A stretch of DNA of 64,000 nucleotides from positions 23,560,001 through 23,624,000 of the forward strand of contig OX597828.1 in the NCBI GenBank assembly GCA_951406725.2. Reading direction: 5' to 3'. This document shows, piece after piece, positions 27,659-42,920 of the stretch. Numbering within the stretch: the stretch's first letter is position 1; each line of letters starts with the position of its first letter. The stretch comes from Octopus vulgaris (Eukaryota). The translations under genes and the position numbers were made by a program. The notes under the pieces are model-generated. The model saw only the letters and a list, made by a program, of their open reading frames with translations. It searched no databases and was not told the DNA's origin.

Positions 27659-28449
27659 TCGACCATTTGTGCGTATGTTTAAGGATATATATCCAAAAAC
27701 TATTTGAACAATAATAGAACATTTACTCGATACAAAAATTAAAGACAAATATGTTATAAAAATTCGTCTAATCTTGGATTTTAGCTCTTTCTGACGGTTT
27801 AATTAACCGGCTTTGTTGAATAAGCCGCCAGGTGAAACCCCGAGATTTTCCCGAGCAAAGTATAATATATTTTCATGGAGGCGCGCTTATTTCTTAAAAA
27901 ACATAAACCTGACTCAAACATGAACACACTCACACATTCACTCACGCGCATATACATAACTGTGGAAAATGAATTTCAGATGCATATCTGCGCCGCATAG
28001 TTCATTGACATGATCAGCTGACCTGATTCATAGAACAGACAAATAATTCTTTCATCAAACCCGTCTTAATAACACATGCCTGAAAATGTACATCAGATAA
28101 TGTATTCCCTCTTAAACTATGCCTAAAAATGACGAAGTCTGCAGAGCAGAGGATGGTTTAGGAGCGAATCAGTAATAATGACAACACTCGTTTCATAACG
28201 AGTCAAAGCATAGCATCCAATTTATATAGAGTACATTAGCAAATACCGTGGTCCTTTGTTTAAATTTTGAACTTTTCATGGTTCACGTAGCATTTGCTTT
28301 TCTTTTTCTATGAGCATCTCTGAGAGTGGCATTCTACTGGAAATCTCACAGCGGAAAGAAATCGATTTATTGAGGGAAAAAGAGAGAGAGAGAGAGGAAA
28401 TTGGTGGGGGTTCTCTCTCTCCCTCTGTTTCTCTCACTCTCTTTATCTA

Positions 28450-28481
<32 letters not shown>

Positions 28482-28514
28482 TCTATCGATCTATACTCTT
28501 TTCTCATTTACTCT

Positions 28515-29020
<506 letters not shown>

Positions 29021-29100
29021 TATCAAGGTTATTGGGCATAGATCATGTTAATTTCATCAGCCATATTCATCTGTGCTGGCTTTAGGACATGCTGGAGTAA

Positions 29101-30130
29101 TGTCGTAATTTTAGTGTTTCCATTTCCCTAAATACATTGCTTTCACTGCAATTAAGGTGAGCAATCTACCCTTACAAAAATCTATTTAACTCACAGATGG
29201 GACCCTGTCAAATACTACTGTTGTTTCCACTCAGCAAGATTAATTGCCCTCACCGCAGCTAAGGTCTTCAATCTACCCTTCCCAAAATCTATTTTACCCA
29301 TTGGTGGCACCATGACAAGAACAACCGATCTTGGTCAGAACAGGCCTGGGATTAATGGCTATTAACGGGTGACACCATGCTGCACACCACTCCAAAACTT
29401 CCGAACTCGAACCTCGCTACTGGATACAGTATAATGTCATACTCAGGACATTTTAATGCCAGACCTAAACCATATACGTTATTAGAAAAATCGAAGGATT
29501 AGTTGACATAACATAAGATTGTGATTCATCTACTCAGCTGGACGATGTGAGTTCACATGTTGAATTAGATGAATTACCTACTCATTGAATTAGTAACTAT
29601 TTGGTCGTGTGTCCTGCTGTCGTGTACACCGTTATGTAATTTCTTTAACACAGTGTGTGACAAGGTTGCCCCGTACATTGAATTAAAAGTACAATTCGCG
29701 CAAGTGTTTCCAAGGAATGAGTAAATTTGAGACTTTAGAAAAACCGCTTTTGTCCGAAACGTCACGCGCAGTGATTTAATCCGGAATCTGGTTGTTGCAA
29801 CGCACACATCTTAGCCGATGACCCATTCTACGACTAAAATCCAGTGATAAGAGAACCGGATGTTACTCGTGGAAAATAATGATTTGGTAAAATATACCAT
29901 GCATTCTTTCATCGTAGAGACGTAGCAAAGTCGTAATTTTAGTATTTCCATTTCCCTAGATCCATTGCTTTCACCGGCAACTAAGGTGAACAATCTACCC
30001 TTACAAAAATCTATTTAACTCACAGATGGGACCCTGTCAAGTGCTACCGTTTTTTCCACTCATCTAGATTGATTGCCTTCACGGCAGCTAAGGTCCTCAA
30101 TCTACCCTCCCCAAAATCTATTTTACCCAT
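29101..30130 (+). repeat. ~200-bp direct repeats (29102-29300 and 29930-30129), each with an internal ~105-bp subrepeat
   Basis: Shared gtcgtaattttagt...caatctacccttacaaaaatctatttaactcacagatgggaccctgtcaa...aaaatctattttaccca. Confidence 0.8.
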
Positions 30131-30856
30131 GTCGTCAGTCCCAGCCTTTGACTCAACGGTACGCTCAGGAGAGAGAACTGCAACAGGGCTCAGCTGATAC
30201 TAAATTTCAGCTGAATAAAGTGCAACAATGCGAATTGAAGTGCATTGCTGAAACACGAAAAGCTCTACTTGATCTTAGAATTGAAACGACGAGAAATTGG
30301 TCGTCAGTAGTACTACAAGGTACAGAAATTAAGAAAACAATTATCGCTCACAGTATCATCTCACAATACCCATGTTGAGCTCAATTGTTATACTTACATA
30401 TAAATTCGTGCAGAAATATTGTTTCACATAATTTTTTCAAGTAGTCTTGTACTCAGAACCTCACAAAACCAAAATGAGACAGGAATAAGCAGATAATTTG
30501 AAACGGTCAACGAAAATAGAAATGAATAGCCAGAAGGTGTGCTGGTTGTTCGCAGTGGATTTTCATAATTTTTGCAGTATTTATTAAAAAATTCTAAAGC
30601 AAACACGAAATAGATATGTTAACATGCTATATCAAACCAAATACTGTACTAATTAAAAATCATTGTTTTAATTATTATTCTAATCAGTAAAAGATGCAGG
30701 GCGACATGTTTCAATAAAGTTCGTAGGTTTCCTCTCAAGATTTTCAGGTGGAAATCTCAGTAAACGTAAAATGGCCAGTGAATTTCATGTTAAAAACGTA
30801 ACCCTATTAAAACTTTCAGCTATCTTTCCATAAAACTATGGCCTATACAGAAACCC

Positions 30857-30907
<51 letters not shown>

Positions 30908-30992
30908 AACGTACATATAAATGCATGTATTTATCAATATAGCGACAACGCCCCAGATTCATTGAGCGGCCATTTATAAGCATATGTGTGTA

Positions 30993-31072
<80 letters not shown>

Positions 31073-31610
31073 CGTGTGTGTGTTTGTACACACACACATA
31101 CCTATATATATGATATTGAAGTTCCCATAAGTTCGAGATGAATGCAAGTTGTAGACGAAACAAAGAATGAGAAAGTTATATAGAGCCTTAGTCATGCGCA
31201 ATAAACTATGAATACTCAACGCCAAGCACACAAACTAAAAAATATATACAATTTAAAACCGAAATCCGTTTACAGTTTTTTTCCCCCTTTTGCTCGTATA
31301 AGAACACTTTCCTGTTATCAATTAGTCCTTTTTTTCTCCCTTTTTTAAAATAAGGGTAAGCAATATTTTGGAACGAAAACTATATTTATAAAAATACAAA
31401 CATCATGCTTTATAAAAACTGAAAATTGCATACACATAACGCAGTTTCGTTGCCTGCTATTATTATTATTATTATTATTATTATCATAATCATCATCATC
31501 ATCATCATCATTATTATTATCATTATTATTATTATTATTATTCTGGTTATTAATATTATATTTGTTGTTGGTGTTTTGTTGTTATTGTGGTACTAGTATA
31601 ATTATTATTG

Positions 31611-31685
<75 letters not shown>

Positions 31686-32773
31686 CATTATTATTATTAT
31701 TATTAATATTATTATTATTGTTCATTACTTTATTAGCTGGTTTTAGTTTTCAATTTTGGGACACCGAGAAAAATAAAAGAGGGACAAAAATTAAATATAT
31801 AACAATAACAATGCGGATTTTTAATCCTAATTTTACAGAAACGAATAACTTTATTCATTTATTTCCAAACATTTTCTTTCTCCAAATTTTCCTTCTGTTT
31901 TTCTTTTATTTTTATTCTCCTGAAAAAATATTTTTTCATGGATTTCAATTTTACACACAAACACGCACAAATTCAATCAGACATATTCATACAAACATAC
32001 ATACATACATACATACGCGCCTGCGCCTGAATAGACATCCCCATGTAATCCAAACCTAGAAGTATACAGTAATGGGGCTTCTCTTATGCTCTATATACGC
32101 CATTCACGTGAAAATGCAATGGCGTCTGTAAGCGGTAGATAAAACGATTTAATTTGCTTAGTTCTTTTCTAAGGATGTAATTTTTCTCTCTCATTATCAT
32201 CCTTCATATTTTTTGTTCAGTATTTTCTTTGATATCTATACAGCCACACAGACACACACAAGGCACACACAGACACACACGCACACATATATATGTATAT
32301 ATATGTTCTATATAATTTTCTGTTGCATTTTCTATTTCACGAGCTATGCTTTCCTTCCTCATTTCTTCCGTTCTTTCATTGACGTTTCCTGCTTTTAATA
32401 AACAATTTTCAACATCAATAACACCATTTAAAATTGCATATTAAAAAAACGTAAATATAATCTAAAGTATCTTATATGTTAACTTAATAGAAAAGCTATT
32501 TAATTACTTAGTAAATCTACACGTATACACATATATACAATATACACCATATATACAGTAGACACACACGTACGTGTTATACACATTTATAGACATACAC
32601 GTAATTGGGTTGACTTTGTATAGTAATATTTCGTAACATTAGTGTCCTTATAACTATGGGCATTTCTAAACGTATACGTATGATGTTACACACCTCTACA
32701 CACCTAAACACATACGCACACGCGCATACAGGCCTACATATATGTATATACATATATATATATATATGTGTAC

Positions 32774-32826
<53 letters not shown>

Positions 32827-32855
32827 CACACATATATGTATACATATATATATAA

Positions 32856-32897
<42 letters not shown>

Positions 32898-33070
32898 TGA
32901 ACGGCTTTTTTATGAAGAAATTTATAAACAATTTTTTTGCAATCAATAGGTTATGAATACAAATCAAAAATATAAAGAAATTGTAATAATATAGCTTCTA
33001 TATTAACTTCATACAACGGTTACCTGTTGCTTAGAAATCATATATATTTATATATGTGTATATATATGTG

Positions 33071-33113
<43 letters not shown>

Positions 33114-33503
33114 GCAAACACAAATATATATATATGAATACACACATATGCGTGAGGCTATTTATATATGTAGGCGTATATGTGTATGTATGTATATATA
33201 TACATTCATAATGTATGCTTGTGGGTGTTGTTTATAAATGTATGGGCGTGTTTAAGCACATTCATAGATATACATAAATATTGACACAATACATGTACGC
33301 ACATTTTTAATATTACATAGAAAGTTAAAGAGAGTGTGGGAGAGATACATAATTATACACACTCACACACACGCACGCGATATATATGTGTATACGTGTA
33401 CATTTACACGTATACATGGAAATATATAAATGGGAATATATACATTGAAATATATATATGCTTATATGTATATGCATATACGTGTATATCTATATATGTA
33501 TAG

Positions 33504-33535
<32 letters not shown>

Positions 33536-33629
33536 GTGTATGTATACATATGGATATATATATATATATATATATAATATACAATATACATATATGTATA
33601 TATATATATATTTATATTTATTTATCCAC

Positions 33630-33890
33630 TCTGTTCAAGCCTAGCCAGGCTCATGGGCCCGGTTTCCCGATTTCTGTGGCGTATGTGTCCCTCCCCCCAG
33701 CTGGACGGGACGCGAGTCCATCGCAGCGTTACTCAAGAAACAGGAAGAGAGAATGAGGGGACGCTGTGGAGAAAAAGTACAACAGGGGTGCCCCCCAGTG
33801 CCGGAGCCTCGTGGAGCTTTCAGTTGTTTTCGCTCAATAAATACACACAACGCCCAGTCTGGGAATCGAAACCGCGAGTCCCCTGCCCTA
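33630..33890 (-). mobile_element. tRNA-derived SINE (head 1, tail 1)
   Basis: Matches 45232-45536. Confidence 0.85.
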
Positions 33891-33906
33891 ACGACGCGCG
33901 CGCGCA

Positions 33907-33972
<66 letters not shown>

Positions 33973-34331
33973 TATATATATAGTAATATTTATAAAAGTA
34001 TATATATACAACTGATATCTCAAGTACTACAGATTTAGAAATTCAGCAACCCACTCTGAAAGCTCTATCTCTAAATGTCACTATATATGTCCGATACCCT
34101 CAGAACATTATTCTCTAGTCCCAATACAACAAGGCAGGACGCACATTGCTGCGGGTAATAACCATTTTTCCGATCCAAGACGAGTGTTTATTTCTTTCTT
34201 TTTGTTCTACAAACATTTTCATGTAATCTACCTGTGAATGTTCAAGAATATTTTTGTATTCATGTTGAAGTGTATACCATACGTCTTACAGTTCCATATC
34301 TATTATTTGATTGTGATTCATGTCTTGCCTA

Positions 34332-34721
<390 letters not shown>

Positions 34722-34725
<4 letters not shown>

Positions 34726-35160
34726 ATGAAAGTCTCGCAGAAAATACAGAACCCAAGCGATGTTGCACACCTGCAGCAGGAGTTGGACTCAATTTACAAC
34801 TGGGCTGAGGATAATAATATGCACTTTAATGCTGAAAAATTCCAGGCCCTGCGCCACCAGCATCCAGAACTGAATATGAAACTTACAGGGTACACCGGTC
34901 CACAGGGAATTTCAATCCCAGAGCCTAAGTCAGTGAGGGACCTGGGTATCGACATGAGTGATGATACCTCTTTCCAAGTGCACGTTACCAGGATAGTGAC
35001 AAAGTGCAGACGACTGGCTGGATGGATCCTAAGAACATTCAGAACCAGAGATAAGGAAACCATGATGGTCCTCTGGCGGACATTCGTCCTCAGCCGCCTG
35101 GATTACTGCTCACAGCTATGGTCACCCACCAGTGTTAAATTAACTGTGGACCTTAAAGCA
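34722..35160 (+). mobile_element. CR1/L2-type LINE ORF2 fragment (post-RT region)
   Basis: LQQELDSIYNWAEDNNMHFNAEKF...SVRDLGI...LWRTFVLSRLDYCSQLWSP. Confidence 0.88.
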
Positions 35161-35161
35161 C

Positions 35162-35260
35162 GCTAGACAGAACAGTTAAATTCCAAACCACTATTAGGGA
35201 TAAAGTTTTATCGACGTTTTATCCCTAATAGTAGTTTGGATTTTAACTGTTCTGTCTAGC
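35162..35260. repeat. Hairpin, ~43-bp arms, related to 41670-41704
   Basis: gctagacagaacagttaaattccaaaccactattagggataaa and its near-perfect reverse complement. Confidence 0.85.
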
Positions 35261-35331
35261 TTTCAAAGAGTCCTATGATGAATGCCTCATGTGTATAAAT
35301 GTACACTGTATTTATATGTATATATGTATAT

Positions 35332-35368
<37 letters not shown>

Positions 35369-35389
35369 TTCATACACACATGCACGGAC

Positions 35390-35457
<68 letters not shown>

Positions 35458-35587
35458 TCAAGCACGCACGACAACATGAGGAAACAATATACAGACAGCT
35501 GCGAAATATAGAAATCATAGAAAATTCTATTCTGTAAGCAACAACATTTTGACAACATAAGCGACTACACCAACCACCACTAAAACC

Positions 35588-35813
35588 TATTTCTTTACTA
35601 TCCACAAGGGGCTAAACACAGAGGGGACAAACAAGGACTGACAAACGGATAAAGTCGATTATATCGACCCCAGTGCGTAACTGGTACTTAATTTATCGAC
35701 CCCGAAAGGATTAAAGGCAAAGTCGACCTCGGCGGAATTTGAACTCAGAACGTAGCGACAGACGAAATACCGCTAAGCATTTCGCCCGGCGTGCTAACGT
35801 TTCTGCCAGCTCG
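35588..35813 (-). mobile_element. SINE family A
   Basis: Reverse-complement match to 99-350. Confidence 0.88.
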
Positions 35814-36020
35814 AACCGACACCTACAAGAGGAAAAGGATTTTAACAAAAACTATCGACAGTAACAAAAAAGTTAAGTCAAAAATTCTCACAACTCTATT
35901 AAGAACTCTATTTTCGTCGGCATCTTATGGCAGTTTGCCAACTTCCCTAAAGGGAGAACACTCCTTTCGGTTGTTTGCTTTAGTTTGGTAGCACGTTTGT
36001 GTATAGCTGTATATGTATCT

Positions 36021-36415
36021 ATGTGGAGGCGCAATGGCCCAGTGGTTAGGGCAGCGGACTGGCGGTCGTAAGATCGCGGTTTCGATTCCCAGACCGGGCG
36101 TTGTGAGTGTTTATTGAGCGAAAACACCTAAAGCTCCACGAGGCTCCGGCAGGGATGGTGGTGATCCCGGCTGTACTCTTTCACCACAACTTTCTCTCAC
36201 TCTTACTTCCTGTTCCTGTTGTACTTTTATTTCAAAGGGCTGGCCTTGTCACTCTCAGTGTCACGCTGAATATCCCCGAGAACTGCGTTAAGGGTACACG
36301 TGTCTGTGGAGTGCTCAGCCACTTACACGTTAATTTCACGAGCAGGCTGTTCCGTTGATCGGATCAACCGGAACCCTCGTCGTCGTAACCGACGGAGTGC
36401 TTCCATCCATCCATC
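36021..36415 (+). mobile_element. tRNA-derived SINE (head 1, tail 2) ending in (CCAT)n
   Basis: A-box tggcccagtgg and B-box-like gtttcgattcc; tail shared with 20215-20400. Confidence 0.88.
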
Positions 36416-37044
36416 CATATGTGTCTATAGGTTTACTTTCCTTTATATGTTCGAATCCAAAAGGCTGTGACCATGCTACGACAGCACCATTATATGTGCA
36501 TATGTTTGTAGTATGTTGCAGTTGAGTAATTGTGAGGTTTTGTGGTTGTGCGTGGGCTGTGAGCGATCGTGGCTCTATGTGGGGGTTGTGTGATCATCCG
36601 TGCTTGTAGTCTACGTGATTAAGGTTCTGACATCGTATGATGTCGGCCATCAACTATGTCGCAGAATACATGAGTTTGTACACCGCGTATTGAGTGTATA
36701 TATTTATGCTAGATTTAGTAGCTGGCGACTATAGATCTAAAAGAAAATTGCTATCGAAATATATGAAGTAGTTGTTGTCTATGCTTGAAACAGGATCCAT
36801 GTGGTGGGGAAACAAGCTTCTTACCACACAGCCACGTGTTTTTTCAGGCAATTTTGTCACTTATAGATAGTCGGCTCATTAAGAATAAAAAATAATATTA
36901 ATAGAGACAGAATAAGTATTAATAATAAAATGTAATATTTATCTCTCACTTAACGCGAATGTTGTGGGAGAAAATGGCTACTATATCTAGCTGGACGTCT
37001 TAGACTGACAAGAACAATATGTTCATATATATATATGCATATAG

Positions 37045-37091
<47 letters not shown>

Positions 37092-37171
37092 CATAGATAC
37101 ATGTATGTATTTGTAAACACACGCGCACACACATATATAGCTACACACACTCATATATATAATATATACAG

Positions 37172-37213
<42 letters not shown>

Positions 37214-37517
37214 AAATAGATACATGTATATGTTAGTACATATGCGTATATATACATGGATATATATATATATATATATATATATTTATTATAGACATAT
37301 ATGCATACATGCTCACACACACATACAAATGAGAGAGATATTGCCTTTCGCTATTATTACTGCCTCTCCCGATATATACATATACACACATCCACACATA
37401 TATATGTGTGTGTGTGTGTCTACATGTGCGCGTGTGTATGTGTATAAATATAGGAATGTGATTTAATGTCACGTGTGTGTTATGCTAAAGTTTTTATCTT
37501 GAACAATGTAGTCTACG

Positions 37518-37581
<64 letters not shown>

Positions 37582-37789
37582 ATTGAATGAACCACAAAAG
37601 ACTGTCAGATTGTGTATATACCTGTGTATATGTGTACACGCTTAGCCTTCTGAATAATTGCGAGGCTGTTTGGGTGTATGTGATGAATATATTAAATCGT
37701 GTATGCGTTACCTTGTAGTAAAACCGCATACAAGTGATTACATAGGTGTGTGTATGGATAAGAGTAAGTGCATATTACATATATATGTG

Positions 37790-37825
<36 letters not shown>

Positions 37826-38336
37826 TGTATGTATGTATGTATGTATGTATGTATGTATGTATGTATGATGTATATTTGTGTGTGTGATATATTGTCTACA
37901 TATATATGTTGCTATGTGTGTGTGTGTTTGTGTGTGGATGTATATATATGTATATGTATATATACAAATATATTTATACTTACATATATACGCACACATC
38001 TATATATATTTATATATCGCAATTATCGGTGTATCGGTTAGTGAGAAGCACTCTCTCCTCTCTCACTATATATATATATATATATACATATCATTGACCC
38101 AAACACGGCGGACAGTAAAAGTGCGATTGTAAATACTAATGGCGATGATGATGATGACGACGACGACGACGACGACGACGACGATGATGATTATGATGAC
38201 GGGGTTGGTGATGACGGTGAAAAACAGAGGTGATTATACGGGTGAAGAAAACCAACAAAAACGTCAGCAACAATAATACCATCATTAATAAAATATAGCA
38301 CCACCTCCAACATCAACACGATCAACAACAACAACG

Positions 38337-38370
<34 letters not shown>

Positions 38371-38921
38371 CGACGACGACAACGATAACAACAACACTAA
38401 TAATAATAATGATAATAACGACAACGGGAGCAGTAACAGTAAAAGACGTGGTGCTCCATCAATACCAGCAACAGTTTTAAGGTGGTAACAGAAAGAGATG
38501 CAGTTTTATATTATTAGCTCGATGCTTCGTTAGTTTGTTAGCTGGTCTACAGTGGGATGTACGCGGAAATCTCACAAACGTCTCGTCTGGCGGTTGTTAT
38601 GTCGCAAATAAAAGCGACTTCTATGATGATAAATCAAGCCGGGGGGTGTAATGAAATGATTCGTTAGTTTTGATTTAAGAGAGAAAACCACGAGAGAACC
38701 TAGATGAGATCCGAAAATTACAGTTGGCGATGCAAGACCATTCGACATCGTTTCATGCGCTTTACTGTGCAATTCACGCTTGGCCGACTTTATTTAAACC
38801 ATTAATGAGAGAGAGAGACAAAAGCACTAGACGAGTGGTTTTAATGACCGCGCATACGGTGACCTTTAGTGCAGCAAGTTTGAAGAACGGCCCACAAACA
38901 ACAAACGGACGGATGCCGACC

Positions 38922-38922
38922 A

Positions 38923-38995
<73 letters not shown>

Positions 38996-39360
38996 CAGCA
39001 GCAGCAGTAGTAGTATTAGTAGTGGTAGTGGTAGTAGTAGTAGTAGCAGTAGTAGTGGTAACAGCAGCAGTAGCAGTAGTAGTAGTAGTAGTAGTAGAAA
39101 TTGTGGTGGTGGTGGTGGTGGTGGTGGTAGTGGTGTTGGTAATTGTTGTAGTAAAGGCATTGACGGTGATGGTATTTGAAGCAGTAGTATTACTGATGGT
39201 GGTGGTGGCGGCAGTAGAAGTAAACGTTGTAGCAGAAGCAGTATATGTAGTGGTACATGTAGTAGTAGTAGTAGTAGTAGTAGTAGTGTAGAAGTAGTAG
39301 TGGCAGGTGTAGTATAAGTACCAGTAGAAGTAGTAGTATAGAGAGAAGTGAAAGTAGTAA

Positions 39361-39432
<72 letters not shown>

Positions 39433-39882
39433 CATTAGCAACAGCAGCAGCAGTAGTAGTAGTAGTGGTAGTAGTAGTAGTAGTAGTGGTGAGAGGGGAT
39501 AAGGGGTAATAGTGATGAAGATGGTGGTGGTGGTAGTGGTGGTGGTGGTGGTGGTGGTGGTGGTGGTGGTGGTGGTGGTGGTGGTGGTGTAGGTGGTGGT
39601 GGTAGTGGTAGTTGTAGCCGTGGTTTTGGTCGTGGTTGTAATAATACATTTATGGCTGTGGCAGGTATAGAAATATCAGGGCTTGCGATGGTGGAGGTGG
39701 TGGTGGCGGTGGTGTTGGTAGTGGTGATGGTAGGGGGGTAAAGTTGTTGCTGCTGTAGTAGTATTTCAAGTACCAGTAATAGTTCGAGTAGTAGTAGTGG
39801 TAGTAGCAGCAACAGCAGTAGTCGAAGTAGTAGTGGTAATAGTAGTAGTAATAGTAATAACAGTAGTAGTAGTAGTATTGTC

Positions 39883-39923
<41 letters not shown>

Positions 39924-40110
39924 TAGCAACAGTGGCAGCAGTAGTAGTAGTAGTGGTAGCGGCAATGGTGGTGATAGTAGCAGCAGTAGTAGGGTAGTAG
40001 CAGCAGCAGCAGCCGCAAGTAGTATTTGACCAGCAGTAGTAGTAGTAGTGGTAGTGGCAATGGAGGTGATAGTAGCAGCAGTAGTAGGGTAGTAGCAGCA
40101 GCAGCAGCCG
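38922..40110. repeat. Compound (GTA)/(GTG)/(GCA) trinucleotide low-complexity tract
   Basis: Directly visible; source of the poly-Ser/Val/Leu/Thr/His ORFs. Confidence 0.92.
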
Positions 40111-40450
40111 CAAGAATTTGACCCTGGAGATCTCCATTTCCAGCGACATCGAGGGCCACCTCCCAGTGGTGTCGGGCGTCAACGAAGAGCCCACGTCTAC
40201 AAGACGATGAAAGTTTTTTTTTTTTTCCAAGGTCTGGGGTCTCCCGCCCCTAAGCCCTAGACCATCACCTAATCACCCTTAACCGTCTTGTTGCTTAACA
40301 GTAACAACAACAACAACAACAGCAGCAGCAGTAGTAGTAGTGGTAGTAGTAGTAGTAGTAGTAGCAGCAGCACGGGTGGGCGTTATTTAGATTAGTTCAA
40401 TCATATTTTCAACTGATTGAAAATATTTTTTCAATCAGTTGAAAAATATT

Positions 40451-40675
40451 CGGCGAGTTGGCAGAAACGTTAGCACGCTGGGCGAAATGCGTAGCCGTAT
40501 TTCGTCTGCCGTTATGTTCTGAGTTCTAATTCCGCCGAGGTCGACTTTGCCTTTCATCCTTTCGGGGTCGATAAATTAAGTACCAGTTACGCACTGGGAT
40601 CGATGTAATCGACTTAATCCGTTTGTCTGTCCTTGTTTGTCCCCTCTGTGTTTGGCCCCTTGTGGGTAATAAAAA
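40451..40675 (+). mobile_element. SINE family A
   Basis: Match to 99-350. Confidence 0.88.
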
Positions 40676-40907
40676 AAAACAAAATATATATATATATATT
40701 ATAGAGTTTCGAACCGTTTTGTTTGTTGGAAAGTCCGAGCGGTCGTTCTTATAGTTGATCTTTTGATTAGTTCGTCAGCCGGGGGTTGAAACGGAAATAT
40801 GTATAAATGGCGGGCTAGAAGAAATTTCACTTCAGCTAAACCCCTAAAAGTTATATTCCGTCTGTGAATACTTTACGCCGTTGTCTATCGATATGAAACA
40901 CGTCTAC

Positions 40908-40939
<32 letters not shown>

Positions 40940-41140
40940 ATGTATGTATGTATGTATGTATGTATGTATGTATGTATGTATGTATGTATGTATGTATGTA
41001 TGTATGTATGTATGTATGTGTGTATGTGTGTTTATGTATGTATGTATGTATGTATGTATGTATAATCTTGGAAACCAAATCCTAGTAGAATGTTATATTA
41101 CGTATACACACTCACACAACCTCACACACAAACACACATT

Positions 41141-41196
<56 letters not shown>

Positions 41197-41502
41197 GGAC
41201 GAGTTTCTTTCAGTTTCCGTCAACGAAATCTACACTCAATGCTTTGCTCGACCCAAGACACTTGACCCAAGGTGCCGCACAGCGAGACCCAAATCGGAAC
41301 CAAGTGGTTCTTAAGCAAGCTTCTTACCACACAGACACGCCAATAGACGCACATACACTCTCACACAGATATATGAATATGAGTGTGTACATATATATGT
41401 ATGTATGTGTATATATATATTTATATACATACATACATATACATACATATATATATATATATATACATATGCATATATACCTATATATATATATATATAT
41501 AT

Positions 41503-42116
41503 AAATCTTAGGGTAGCAAAATAATTTTATAAAAATTCTTTGCTACCAGTGGTCTAGCGAGAAGGAAAAATTAGTCAATAGATTATATATTATTCATAGA
41601 AAAATACAGTGCACATTTAAATACGTAAGAGTATGTACATTTAAACACTATAATAGGACATCTGACTCACTAGAAAGAGCAGTTAAACTCCAAACCACTA
41701 ATAGTTATAATTCTGAAAGGGAATGAGAAATAAAAAGGTTTACCCTATCTTTCCTGGACTATGCATAGTTTCGGCAATCTTTTTGTAAATAAAATACGAT
41801 GATTTTAATTTACAATTGGCGTTGCCAGCTTCAGCAGGAAGCGAAGGCTAACATATAGGCACGAGCGATAAAGACCATGTCTCGTGTCTATATGTTATAA
41901 CTTTTCAAAATCCACCACGCACGCGCGGTATTTTCGGCAGTAAATACAAGTGCCGATTTTCTTTCAAAATTAGCCAAAAAACCTTTTATAATTAATTAAT
42001 AAATCTTAGAGTAGCAAAAATATATCTGAAAAATTATATGCTACCAGTGGTGTAGCAAGAAGGAAAAATTAATCAATGGACTATATAATATTCATAGAAA
42101 AATACAGTGTACATTT
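41503..42116 (-). mobile_element. Retrozyme-like or non-autonomous PLE unit in (TA)n, with 116-bp terminal direct repeats
   Basis: 41503-41618 is repeated at 42001-42116 (period 498). Internal hammerhead fold, no ORF. Confidence 0.7.
41751..41840 (-). ncRNA. Type I hammerhead ribozyme fold with GUC cleavage triplet
   Basis: Reads UUCCUG CUGAAGC U GGCAA-(44-nt extended hairpin)-UUGCC GAAAC UAUGCAUA GUC CAGGAA. One core deviation (A9 to C). Confidence 0.72.
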
Positions 42117-42141
42117 ATATATATATATATGTATATATATG

Positions 42142-42207
<66 letters not shown>

Positions 42208-42479
42208 ATATATACCGTAACTACTCATTTAATTTGTGCATTACTGTAATTTACGCAGGTGAATTGTTAAAAATAGCTTCTACTCACATAAAATTTGCAC
42301 CCTAAAGTTTTCAGAATTGTCGATATGGCCAGGTAGAAACTATTTTCAATTTAGTTGCATTTAGCGTAATTTCACTTACATATTATTTGATTTTATTAAA
42401 TTATCATTGGATAAAAATTATTTCTCTTTAACAGAACATGTATGTGTTGTGTATGTGTGTAAATATATTTGGAGAGAGA

Positions 42480-42920
<441 letters not shown>

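Noticed and set aside
38724-40230. Ser/Gly/His/Thr-rich ORFs that might suggest a mucin or structural protein
   Set aside because: Compound trinucleotide repeat open in several frames on both strands, with no splice-site support.
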